A stretch of DNA of 64,000 nt from Spirogloea muscicola (taxonomy: Eukaryota). Under the pieces are notes generated by a model, which saw only the letters and a program-made list of their open reading frames with translations, did not search any database and was not told the origin of the DNA. The stretch is from NCBI GenBank assembly GCA_009602725.1, contig WELB01000032.1, positions 550,580-614,579 on the forward strand, given 5' to 3'. This document shows, piece by piece, positions 1-11,453 of this stretch (its first letter is position 1; every line of letters begins with the position of its first letter). The position numbers were made by a program, and so were the translations under genes.

Positions 1-280
1 TCCCCCTGACGAAAGCCGGAGGCCGCAGCGAGAGCACGGCCAGCACGCAGATGCAAGGCGTGGGCCATGGACCGCTGGAGGGAGACGGACAAGCGCATAC
101 GATACACCTGAGCCCACGAGCCAGCGGCGTTGAAGTCAGCCGGCTCACCGCGCCTGCGGGACACAGCGCGCCGTGCAAGCCTGGCCAACAGGTCGAGCCA
201 GTGGGATCCGAGAGCCCCATGCACGTCCACAGCCAGGGGGACGAACTCGTCGGCAGCCGGGTGGTCGGCGTGTTTGAGAA
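1..280 (-). mobile_element. CRE-like non-LTR retrotransposon C-terminal fragment (family H), cut by the window edge
   Basis: Minus strand reads KHADHPAADEFVPLAVDVHGALGSHWLDLLARLARRAVSRRRGEPADFNAAGSWAQVYRMRLSVSLQRSMAHALHLRAGRALAAASGFRQG, which aligns by eye with the end of the RLE-type ORF at 31308-32177. Confidence 0.85.
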
Positions 281-319
281 GCAAAGGAAGGAGCTCATCC
301 ATTGAGTGTATATCAAGTG

Positions 320-625
320 TCGGCGGAGTGCCTCTTTCCCTGCAGCGAGTGTCCCCCTTAGCCAGCTCATTACCCAGTTAACAGGTCATTTGTAAGGCTT
401 GAATTGGCCTCCCTTTCAATTTCATGCGCACCGCACGCCTTCTCTCTCTGCAGCGAGCTACTCCGACCTGACGTTGCTCACTCGTGGGTACTGAGCTTCC
501 CGTGTTTTGTAGTGTTTTGTGGTGTAGTCCTTTTTCGGCACCTCTTTCTTTGGCTCTGGACATTCTCCATTCTTTTTGGGCTGGCCTTGCCAGCCCCTCT
601 TCTCTATGGGCGAGCACACTCTTCT
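320..625 (+). mobile_element. 5'-truncated family A 3' end with a nested family C 3' UTR (350-447)
   Basis: Encodes RRSASFPAAS/YSDLTLLTRGY* (stop 492-494) followed by a 3' UTR matching 31180-31307. The insert matches 30330-30425 and is flanked by ctgcagcgag at 340-349 and 448-457. Confidence 0.85.
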
Positions 626-649
626 ATTAATTGATGGAGGGCCTGAGAA

Positions 650-735
650 GAAACAAGTGGCTCCCCCAGTGGGGGCAAGGGCTATGAGAAGCAAGCCCGA
701 CAAGAATTGACAAGGTTCGAAGGGGCCAAATTACC
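650..735 (-). mobile_element. CRE-like 3'-UTR fragment (G type)
   Basis: Reverse complement ccttgtcaattcttgtcgggcttgcttctcatagcccttgcccc resembles the copies at 4169-4241, 23080-23145 and 54555-54625. Confidence 0.7.
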
Positions 736-762
736 TGGGCCTTCGGACACAGTTGCCCCGCC

Positions 763-2142
763 ATGGCTGCCGCCGTCGGCCCCCTCCTCCACCTCCTCCT
801 CCTCAGCCCCGCCTCCTTCCTGCTGCTGCCGGAGGCCGCCGCGAGCGGCACCTCCTCGAAGCAGCTGCCGTTGCCCTCCACGCCCGAGGCCGACGCTGTG
901 CCTGCCCGCCTCTGGCGCCTGAACGCGACCAGCGGCTGCCTGGTGGCGGCGCCGCTCCGCCGCCAAGGCCTTGGCGACGCTTCGCCGCCGTGGAGAATGG
1001 CCGCGTGCAGCCGCCGGCTGGAGGGCCGAGGCGCGCACCGCGCGCTGCGGACGCAGGTGCAGCTGGAGCCGGACCCCGATAGACCGCCCGCCGGAAGAAG
1101 AATGACGGGCCCCGGGCCGCCGCCTACGGCCTCGTGCACGCCGGCGCTCGCGCTTGTCGAGCGCCTGCCGAGCGGTGTCTTCGTCGACCCCTTTGAACTG
1201 CAGCGCCTCCATCGAGCCAAGCGTGAGGCCACTGAGCAGCCCAAAGTGTCTGGTAGACTTCCAGCTGCCGTGCAGTTCCACGGCTCTGCTTGTCATTCTG
1301 CGTGTTGCCACACGTCCAAATCAAAGACTGGAGCCTTCTGATCAGGAAGGGCTAGACGTGCTTCCAACTTGGGCTTTGCGCAGAGAGGCTGGTCAGTCTT
1401 GTGCCCGAGACGGGCAAGCTTTTCAGGGCCTGGCAGGCTGACGGCTGCCAGCAGAGTGCTCGCAGGCGATGGCCTGCGGCACCATTGATGTCGAGCGGCC
1501 AGCGCCCTTGTGCGAGCCTTCTAGCGCCATGGTCTTTGCAGATGAAGCCACGACAGAGGACGAGCCCGACAAGCCTCACAAGCTTTCGAGACATTTCTCG
1601 GCCAGGCTTCCTGTGCACGCGCGCTATCCAGTAAGACGACTGGGCCATTAGCACGTAGGTAATGTTAGGGCTGCCAGCAGGACGCTTGCATACTGGTGCC
1701 GTCAACCTCGCTTTTCGAGAAGTAGCTCCGTTCTACCGCAGTGCACGCTGCAAAAGCCAACAGTCTTCCTTCAGCTGCTGGTTTCCAAGTGCTAACAGAT
1801 TTGACAGGTGACTGACTCCTTCTGCAGGAGGTAGACATGGGTCCCTGCCGCAAGCATGCTACAGTCTCTCTGTTACCGCCCCTCCTGCTCATTACATGCT
1901 ATGACACGATTCTCAACAAGAGCGAGCAAGAGTCATCAAGGACAGAAGCTATCTGGACAGAGCTGGATATGGGCCTTCTCTCTGAAGCAAAGGGGGATGA
2001 GAAAGTCGTTCCGATTGAGTGGCTTGTGCCTGTCGGCTGCTCCGAGCATGCCTGGCTTGTAACATGGGCGACTGGGATAACGGCAGTAGGGGGAGCTGCA
2101 TGTTTGATACACGTCATACTGTTCAAGGGCGTGATCTCCTAG
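763..2142 (+). CDS. PIGX: GPI mannosyltransferase I subunit PIG-X/PBN1-like, multi-exon
   Basis: Signal-peptide-like N-terminus, LVERLPSGVFVDPFELQRL, LPVHARYP (about 1608-1630) and a C-terminal WLVPVG followed by a TM helix. GT-AG introns. Confidence 0.8.
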
Positions 2143-2490
2143 TCGTTTTGACGTGGCTAAACTTGCCCTTACATCTGTAGTGTACAGCTCGGATGTTCCA
2201 TACTGTCGAGGAGCGCAAGCTCGGTAATCGTTACATTAAGCACAATGGTGCGTTTGTAAAGGTAATCAATCCCTAATGCGGCTGTCTCAGCTGATTCAGA
2301 CACTATTGACCTGATGAGAATGTCTCGCTTGCAGGCTGGACAGAGCCTCCAATGCAGGTGTGTCCTGGAGGACCTTTCAGTAAAGAGTCGGTTACTTCAA
2401 CTGGCAAAGTCAAGTTGAAAGTAGCAGTGACTCTGTCATCGGTGTGATGCAGGTACAGGTCTTTTTTCCTTCACTGTAACTGCTCTCGCG

Positions 2491-3960
2491 CTAAGCTGCC
2501 GGAGTGCCGTCCTTGTACTCCTGGCAGCCATCATTCATGCCCATAAGCAGTCCCCACCTCAGCAACTCAGGAAATCCTTTCAACCTGTCAGCAACAGGTG
2601 GAGCATGCAGTGACGCAAGATGTTGTAACAAGGCTACAAACTTCATGCAAGGCAGAAAACGGGTTTGCAATCTGTGTTTTCTGCAGTGGTACCATACAAA
2701 CTAGAAGTTTGGGGGCCACCAGCACCCTCGTGAATTCAAGGCAAGGACCAAAGCTGGCAGCCAAAGAAGCACCAAGATCTGACAGTAAAGGGAAGACTCG
2801 ATCCATAAGAACTCATATGGCTGAATGGTGGAAAATTTGGGGCTCACTTTCTACAAGGTCGTCTGCCTGCCTTGCAATGACCTGACGACAGTATGCAGAG
2901 CCAAGCATGAAGGAGCTCTTCTAACTTGCGCTTCGGATGCGAGTAGTACTTGGACTTCGCACATCATTGGTCCCCCAACTGGCGAGGTACAACTGCCACT
3001 TGGACAGAGAAGGCTCTGCTGCAACATGTTCCAGGATAGCCAAGTCGTCATCCACGTAGTGAAGCGTGTTGCTTGGGTCCTGACCAACGGGTGAGAGCTG
3101 ATCTGACGTTGTCAAGGTCTCGCTTATACTCCCGAATTTAAGAACGTGTAATGGCAGGACTGCTCAGTTGTGGACCGAAGAACTAAATTGACCTCTCATG
3201 ATACTGATTGGTCGGAAGGACACAAGGACAAGCTGAGAAGGTCTCAAGTGGCTAGGATACTGCTCTTAGAGAGGCTGCCTTGGCAGTAGCTGTATCTGGA
3301 CTCTGGATGCGAGGAGAGTCGGCAGGAATGTCAAGCCCGGCCTGCTCCCTGAGCAATCGACTCGCTTCTGAAGGCGGCTTGTCAGAGACAACATAGAACG
3401 GCATGGTTGTGCTCCTAAAGTGCATCTTTCACGCTGTCATACATTTGGCCACTCTTGTCACACAGCACACCCTCCAAGTCCAGCACAAAAACGTCGACAC
3501 CTGCCCGTGTCACACCAAGAAGCCTGCACGCAGCAAGGCAATGGAGTCTCAGCATCCACTTATATGAAAGCGAGGGGGTTACACCTTGACATGCGAACAA
3601 AGGGGTCTGAACATCAAGAGCTGATTGAAGTGGTCACACGACATACGGCCTGAAGGAGTACGTCCAGTCGAGGTGCGTCACCAGCAGCCTGGTCTTGCAG
3701 GTCACGGCTTGCCTGGTGGGACGAGCGTCTTGGAGGTGCCTGCGCTGCTTCCGAGCGAGGGCGCTTCCGCGGGAGCTGTGACGCAGGGAGGCGGACTCGC
3801 GCCGGCAAAGAGGGTAAGCGCTTGAGGAGGGCCGACGCCGCCACTGTGAAAGGGCGCCGCCGGCTGAGTGGGCAGCGCACGTCGGCGGGCGACGAGGAGC
3901 ATCGGCTCTGGAGGACGAGGTGCCCGGGGCCAGAGCTGCCGTCGCCACGGCGGCGCTCAT
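2491..3960 (-). CDS. HAD-like protein (At2g45990-like, capless) with a plastid-transit-like N-terminus; apparent 1-nt frameshift near 3417
   Basis: Exons read VFVLDLEGVLCD..VKDAL / STTMPFYVVSDK..LLREQAG / LHYVDDDLAILEHVAAEPSLSKWQLYLASWG and a probable last exon FPELLRWGLLMGMNDGCQE..*. The 3' exon structure is less certain. Confidence 0.6.
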
Positions 3961-4011
3961 TCTGCCGTCACCTCGGCCCGGGCGGCCAGCGGGACAGCGC
4001 GCCGGAGAAGA

Positions 4012-4755
4012 TCAAAAGCGCGGCCAGATTGACTGGTGGCTGGGAGAGGCCAGCCCAAAGGAATGGACAGAGATACGTCAAAAGCCAGCTGTGGCCACTT
4101 GAGTAACTGTGTGCTTGAGCGTCTCTGGCCCCTTCGACCTTTCTTCATTGTTTTGCTTGCCACTGACAAGAGAAGTGGCACTCCTAATGGGGGCAAGCGC
4201 AGTGAAAAGCAAGCCCGAAAAGAATTGACAAAGGTTTGAAGACTGACAGCCATCGCCCTCTACTGGAAGCGTCTTTCTCTCGGTTTTGGCCTTCCTTTGT
4301 TTCAAATACACGAAATTTCCTTCTCGGTGGAGAAGGCGGGCGGTGCGCCCGATATGAGAGGGAGGCCAAAGCAAGCCACGTCACTGTTCGTAAGAAGAAC
4401 AGAGGACACTCTCAAGAGGGGCTAAGGTAACAAAACGAGAAACTCAGTGGTGTGTTAGAAGCGGCTGCCAATGTGAAAGGACGGCGGCTGTGGATACCAC
4501 AGCCACATCTTTCTTCTGATGAAAGAGCGAGAAGAGGCGCGTTGTGCGCATGATTCAAAGGGAGGCAAAGCGGAAATAATGCACTCACTGCTCATGCGAA
4601 TGGCAAAGGGAGTGCAACGTGTGGGGCTACATAAAGCGAAGCGCCAGTCTTGGTGGGGCTAACAAAAAGAAGCGGCTCGCACATGAGGCCGTAGCTGCTG
4701 GTAATATCAAGAAGAAAGTGGCTCTCCACAAGGGGGCGAGGGCTGTGAACAAGGC
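4012..4755. mobile_element. Stack of CRE-like 3'-end fragments in both orientations upstream of the HAD-like gene
   Basis: B-type 4012-4070 (-); G-type 4169-4241 (-) between actgaca repeats; C-like 4325-4440 and 4525-4590 (-); scrap 4725-4755. All match other copies in the window. Confidence 0.75.
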
Positions 4756-5870
4756 TCTGGTGCCTGTTGCGTCAACACGAGAAAAGCAGCCGAGCCCAAT
4801 TTCTGGAAATCCAGCAGCTCATTTCCTCAACCTTTTCTTTTTCATCTTGCGCTCAACTCCCCTCTCAGAGCTGCTGTCTTGTCATGACGGAGTACAAGAG
4901 AGCATGAGGGATGATTCCCCTGCCGACTCCCACTCCACAAGGCACACCCGGTGCTGAAGTGGCCTGGCAAGAGAGTCGGGTAAGCTCCACCCTCATGCAC
5001 TGTCAACTTGGCCCTTCTGATTGTGATGGCACATCCTGCACGTTTCCAGGACTTGACCCACTTACTAGCTTGCTGGGATACAAGGCCAACGTTGACTTCC
5101 TTGGACCTTGCAGAACTTTGCTGCAAATACAGGACTGATTGTATTGCTGTAGGACATGGAATCAAAAACTCAGACAGAGGCTGATATCATTAATCTCATG
5201 TGAAATATGAAGGTGCATTGTGGTCACTGCTTGTATCTGGACATCTTCCATATTTGGCAAGAATTTTATAAGGATTTGTGAGCTAAAAGAAGGCCGCTGA
5301 TGAGGTCAACATGCACATCTGAGACATACATGTATCTTAGAAGGAGTAGTTTACTACTTTTCCATTCTAAGGAACATAGGCGATACAGCAGCCAAGACCT
5401 CAAGATGTGCAATGAGCCCAAGGCTGCAGGCAGTGCAGCATGAGCCTTCGTGTTATTAGGGGCAAATACATCATGGTCAAGCTGCTCCATGCACATAAGG
5501 TCAAGAAGAGACTTTAATTGCTCGGCAAAGATGCTGAAGCAAAATTTAAGTGCTGTCCAAGTGCCATAGCAGCCCTATTGAGGTCTCTGTACATGGGTAG
5601 TGCAATGTACACAGCAGCCAAGAATGCTTGGTAAACTGATGATAGGACCCTGGTCCAAGGCCTCTGCTTGGTTACTCCCTCACTTACTCTACAAGCTCTT
5701 GCTGAAAGTGCGGACGTTGTGTGATCAACTACCAGAACAACTCTCACTGGCAGATACTCAGCAGAGGGGACAAGATACTTTGTCTAGAATAACAAAGCAG
5801 AGGTGATGGGTCACCAAGTGACGGGTCAGCATTCTTAACGGGAAGCAGTCAAACAGCGCAGGCATGTCCT

Positions 5871-6134
<264 letters not shown>

Positions 6135-6209
6135 NCGGCGGGGCTGGCGCGGCCGCAGAGACGTGAAGGTGGGGTGGTGGAGAAAGTGGTGAGAAGCTCC
6201 GCTGCGAAG

Positions 6210-6500
6210 CTCCCGCTTATAAGGAAGGGGTGTGCCGTCCGGGGAGGCGGTCAAGGGGTGGCTCCGCCCCACGTCAAGGATCGAACGGCGCGCGCTGGCT
6301 CCCCCCCCCCTGCCTGGATCTCACGGCCCTCCTGGGGAGCAGCAGCGTGGCCGGGCCTTCGAAACTGCGCCGCTCGATCGGAGCCGGGCCCGCCGCGCGC
6401 CGTCGATCCCTTCCGCCGGAGGTCCACGATCCGGGCCGGGGTGGCTATAGGCGCTCTCATTGGCCCGCCGCGGGCCTTGCCAACTCCGCTGATATATAAA
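6210..6500. promoter_or_regulatory. Bidirectional H4/H2B promoter
   Basis: TATA-like cttataag near 6216 and tatataaa near 6493; CCACGTCA hexamer at 6269-6276 followed by ggatcg; octamer-like cgatccggg at 6427-6435; reverse CCAAT box gcgctctcattgg at 6451-6463. Confidence 0.6.
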
Positions 6501-6654
6501 TGCCTCCCCCCGCGGCATTTGCCACCCCCAGAGCGTAGAGCAGAGCCTGCCCCTTAGCCGCCCTCGTCTCCTCTCCCACTTTAGCCGCCCCTTCTTCCCG
6601 CGCCGCGCAGCCCACTCGTAGGCCTCGGACGCTGCTGCCGTCGCAGCCGCCGGA

Positions 6655-7359
6655 ATGGCGCCCAAGGCTGCCGCGGAGCCCGCGGAGCAGAAGGCTGCCA
6701 AGAAGGCTGCCGAGAAGAAGCCCGCTGTCGCTAAGAAGGCCGAGAAGAAGCCCGCCAAGGAGGGCTCCAAGAAGAAGGCCTCCAAGAAGGCCATCGAGAC
6801 CTACAAAATCTACATCTACAAGGTATGCTTTGACCTGTACTCGCCCCCTTTTTCTTTCTACTTAACTCACAGCTACTTGAGATCTGTTCCTCTCTCTGGA
6901 CTATTGTAGAGCTATTTGGGTATGTGCTTGAGTCTGTCCTTGTTTATTCTGTCGCACGCGTGGTCTCATGATCTCGATGGTTGCTGGTGCAGGTGCTAAA
7001 GCAGGTGCATCCTGACACTGGTATTTCTAGCAAGGCCATGTCCATCATGAACTCGTTCATCAACGACATCTTCGAGGTAAATTTCGAGGCTGCAGCAGCC
7101 CATGTTTGTCTCTGTGCGTACCTGTCATCACCTGCTGCTTCCAGCTCCAATGTGTAGGTCAGTATTCTAATAGGAGATTCTGCACTGTTGCTTGCAGAAG
7201 CTGGCATCTGAGTCAGCTAAGCTTGCCCGATACAACAAGAAGCCCACCATCACATCCAGGGAGATTCAGACTGCCGTGCGACTTATCTTACCTGGCGAGC
7301 TCGCCAAGCATGCCGTGTCAGAAGGGACCAAGGCTGTCACCAAGTTCACCAGCACCTAG
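6655..7359 (+). CDS. H2B: Histone H2B, copy 1 (exons 6655-6822, 6993-7076, 7198-7359)
   Basis: [62 protein letters not shown] introns. Confidence 0.97.
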
Positions 7360-7648
7360 GCTAGCTCTTCCTTAGGCTGTGCCTTCCCAACAACAGTGTT
7401 TATTTTACACCGCTTCCTTCGGAACATGATTTAGCTTTGTGTGTATACTAGCAGTGGAGTACAGCAGCCCTTGCAGAGTCTCAGATTACCCTTCAAGAGC
7501 TACAATGTTAGTGGCTGTTGCATTTGACCAGTCTCGATCAACCTGTACACAGTGATTTCATGGCAGTTCTATGCCTAAAGTATGCAGTTAGCATCCTCTT
7601 GACTTTTTGCGTGTAAAATGGGGCCAAGAGATAGCACTTGGAATTTAC

Positions 7649-10054
7649 TTAGCTTTTTGGCACGTTAACATTGTCAACTGTAACCCTGGCAGCTCTCTCT
7701 GCTGCTGCTTCGCTCTCCTCTGCTTTTATCTCTAAATGTTCTCTACTTTGCCGGGCATCATCCTCAGCTTCCTGCTGATCTTGTGCCTCAAAAGCATCCT
7801 GTGATGCTAAAGCTCTGACAATAGGGTCTCGTAACTCAGAAATTACTCCACCACTACTTTGATAAGTAGCCTCATTACCCACTAGATATAACCTCTGCTC
7901 TTTTTCTCCAGCTGTTGGCACGTCCAATGCTAGCAATTTGAAGTCGTACTGCAAATTTACACAAACTACATCAATCATCACAAGATCAAGTTGCATATTG
8001 TGAGCCCACCACCTGACATGCATCGGGCTAGCGCACCGCTGCTGGCAATCGCGATGAAGTTTGCCATTATAATAGTCCTGTCAACACTGCAAGCACTCGA
8101 TACATCTCTGTAAGCATCCAATGCCTATCATATGAAAAAGAACGAGTTGTACCTTCCCCTTCTTCCTTTTGACATCCGCGCTCACAAGACCACGCCGTTC
8201 AGAGCCACGTACAGGGAAAATCACAAAGCACCGTTTGCTTGCCAGTCGCACGTTGAGACCCTTCATGCGCAAGCCTCCTCCCGACATGACATAAGCCCGA
8301 ACTTCACTACCAGTGAGTGGGGCTCCCATGATCTCCAAGACTCCAGCATTTGTATTTAAAGCTCTCATGGCTGTGCGATAGACTGCATCAGGGTTTATGT
8401 TGTACCGGCTCCTTATGTAGAGGGCCTGAAAGTGCATGCAAGTCCACTCATTAAATTCCAGCAAGTGATGGGACAGTCGCATCACACCCACACAGCAGCT
8501 TCTCCAACCTAGCCTAGTCAGAAATACATCTCACCGCAAAGGAAGTCATTGCAGCTGCCAAGGCGAGGAAGCCCCAATTTGCTATTCCTTCAGAGAGGTG
8601 GATGAATAGGTTGGCAATTCCATACATGAACCGCCACAGGAGAAGGCAGACCCCCAAACCAAGGGCCCCTACCAGAATCAAGTAATTCCTCCTCCAAAAG
8701 GCCTCCAGCTGCAGTCCTGTAGAAAGCGCACGAGTGACTTCATTCACAGCCCCACACAGAGGAGATAAACAAGTTGACCCAACCTGCTTCTTGCAACCGT
8801 TGCTTCGCTTCTTGCCAGCTTGAGGTGCACGACTGACAAAGGAGGCAATTGTGAAGGTAAATCCTTTGATCCCTTCAGAAGTAAGGTTGTTAACAGAAGC
8901 TGCTATTCTGCAGGAGCTGGATCATAGAATGGAGCCTCTATCAATCATAAAAGTACCCTGCATGCGTGCTCCATGAGGAACTCCGAAGGTCTTTTTGTGG
9001 CTGACCAGACACTCACCAGCTGCTTCCTTGTAGCGACCAGCGACTCGTGAGATGCTAGCGAGTGGACCACTGGGACCTGTCAGGGCTTGTGAGGCCTTCT
9101 GGTACGCAGTCTGGGCAGGCTTCTGAAGTGAGGAGCGGGTGGCAGCCTTGCTAGCAACACTCTGCTCACTCTTCAGCCCTGTGGTCACCAGCACCCTCTC
9201 AGCCTGGTCCTGGATCCGCCGTGCCCAACTCTGACTTGTATTCGTCCTAGTCAACGGTAGCTGGATCAGAGAAGTTGCATGCTTTACTGTTAGCAGATTC
9301 CTTGCACAATTTGACCAACGTGAAGCACTTACTCCACATGCGCAAAGGGCAGAGCATATACAAAAGTGCTTATGTTCAGCCTTGTTAGTTACTATCAAGA
9401 AATGAGATGTGGTTATGGCTGTCCAGCCTACGAATGCAGTATGATCACCTGGATATGCTTGGGGGCATGAGCACTTGCTCGTGGTGCCATTTGCATGCGG
9501 CTGATCCTGACATTGTAGGCAGTTTCAGACCTCTGTTGGGTAATACTTGTAGTCTTCGATATATTACGCTTCAAGTGGACCAACCACGAGGTTGTCGCTT
9601 TGGAAGGAAGAGCCCAGTGTTTGCAGGGTGCAGCCGCCTGAGAGATTTGGCTTGAGAAGCATTTGGAGGCAAAGGCCCTGGGAGGAACTCTGCTTGGGAA
9701 ATAAGCGGCTGCTGGAAGAAAGATCGTAAGTCCCGCCCGTCCACTTGTGCCATTGGCTGCATCAGCAACAGCGAGTGACAGAACCCTGCAGGCTCGTCAG
9801 CAGGGCCTGCATGTGCCAAGCGACGGAAGGACTTGCATGCATGCTTGGCCACGACGAAATGGGTCGTCAAAGGCCTTTCTAGTATCACCTGTCTCCCGTC
9901 TGGAATGCTGCACGAGCCTGCAGGCCTGTCCTGCCAATGCAGACTGGAGCCTAGACGCGCCTCCAGCAGCCCCTGGGCCGCCCAGGTCAGCGCCGAGTCG
10001 CTGCAACCTCCTTAACGAGGCGAGAGAGCCTCTTATGCCGTCTCGCCAGCTCAT
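7649..10054 (-). CDS. Mitochondrial inner-membrane Tim21-like protein (At2g40800-like), multi-exon
   Basis: LQLEAFWRRNYL followed by two TM segments, then INPDAVYRTAMRALNTNAGVLEIMGAPLTGSEVRAYVMSGGG, FPVRGSERRGLVS and KLLALDVP. Start codon inferred (MSWRDG). Confidence 0.8.
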
Positions 10055-10394
10055 GGCGACGTGGTCAGGGGCCAGGTCCCGACGCCCGCTCGTCCCGATC
10101 GAGTCGGGCGGCCGCCGCAGGCAAACTCCGGCCCTGCCGCATCGATGGGCCTGTGAGCGGCAGGACTCGAGGCAGGAGATGACGACGCCCCGCCACGGCA
10201 GCGTGAGCCAGCGCCCCGCTCGCAAGGGGCGACGAGCTCTCGTCGGCAAAGGCGGCGGCGGCGGCGGTGGCGCACGGCGCACGGCGCACGGCGGCTGCTG
10301 TGCCTGCCCCGCAGGTTGCACGAACCCGGCTAGGTTTCAAAGCCGCTTCCTTCGTTTGAGCAGCCCCACTGATATCCGCTTCTCGTGCGAAGCG

Positions 10395-11235
10395 AAAGAC
10401 AGGAAACAGCTCTTCCAGATTGACAGCAGTGGCTGTGAGAGGCCAGCCCAATAAAATGGAAATAGCAGTGAGCTCAGTGAGCGAAAGAGGGCTCATCCGC
10501 GCCTTTATATTACCGGTTGAGTCTTCTACAGCCGCTCTGTAGCGACACTAGTACCTTCGCTCCGACGTCGCTCCGTAAGGGCGACGTCTTTCCGCCTGCT
10601 AGCTATTCAGACTTGCATCTACTGACTAGAGGTTACTGAGAGTCCGCTTGCTGCTGTCTCAGCACTCCGGCTGCGCTTGCTTCCGGCTCCTTCAGACCTT
10701 GTCCATTCCTTTGGGCTGGCCTCTCCCAGCAACCAATTATTCTGGCCGCGCTTGATCCGAAGGCGCGCGGTGCGCATGAATTGAGAGGGACGCCAAAGCA
10801 CGCCACACACTGTGTGGAAGACGAACAAGAGAATGTTAATAGGGGCTAAGGTAACAGAATTGAAGCGACAAATAAAAGGAAAGAAAGGAAGTCGCTCCAT
10901 CAAAAGGGGGGCGAGGGCTGTGAAAAGCCAGCCCAGACAGACAAAGTGGGGAAAGGGGACTCTGATACGATGAAGGGCTCGCCCATTGAAGATAGGGGCT
11001 GGGAAAAGCGAGCCCAAAAAAGAGTGAACAAAGGGCGAGAAGGGGCCAGGGGAAGTACTAAGAAACATAAGCACCAAAAGAAACGAAGCAGCAACGAAGC
11101 ACTCAGTAACCCCTGCTAAGCAGCCTCAGGTCAGAGAGACTGGGTTCCTGGAAGCGGGTCCCTTGGTCCTTTGTTCATTCTTTTTTGGGCTAGGCTTTTC
11201 CAGCCCCTATCCTCAATGGGCGAGCCCTCTATCAT
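10395..11235. mobile_element. Stack of CRE-like 3' ends filling the Tim21-like/glucuronokinase divergent promoter
   Basis: Family B 10530-10757 (+, ..ASYSDLHLLTRGY*, stop 10637-10639); C-like 10760-10870 (-); G 10875-10950 (-); family E 10965-11165 (-, ..EPSLSDLRLLSRGY*, stop 11103-11105); E 3' UTR 11168-11233 (+). Confidence 0.85.
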
Positions 11236-11453
11236 CACTTGGCCAGAGCCAGAGGCAGCAGATACCCACAAGCAAGCCGGCAGTACCGTCTGCTTCCGCT
11301 CGCCGTCGCTCGCCTGCCACCGCCGCCTCGGGAGCCGCGATGCGCGCCGCCGAAGCCGCGCGGAGGCCCGGCTGGCCCGCGCCGCGCCTCCGCTAGCTCC
11401 ACCCCGCTCGCGGCGCCGGGAAGCGAGCCGCCGCGCCCGCGCGAGCGGCAGCC

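Noticed and set aside
7390..7415. Chlorophyte-type histone 3' stem-loop (gtgtttattttacac) after H2B
   Set aside because: Only a 4-bp stem, and not shared by the other three histone genes.
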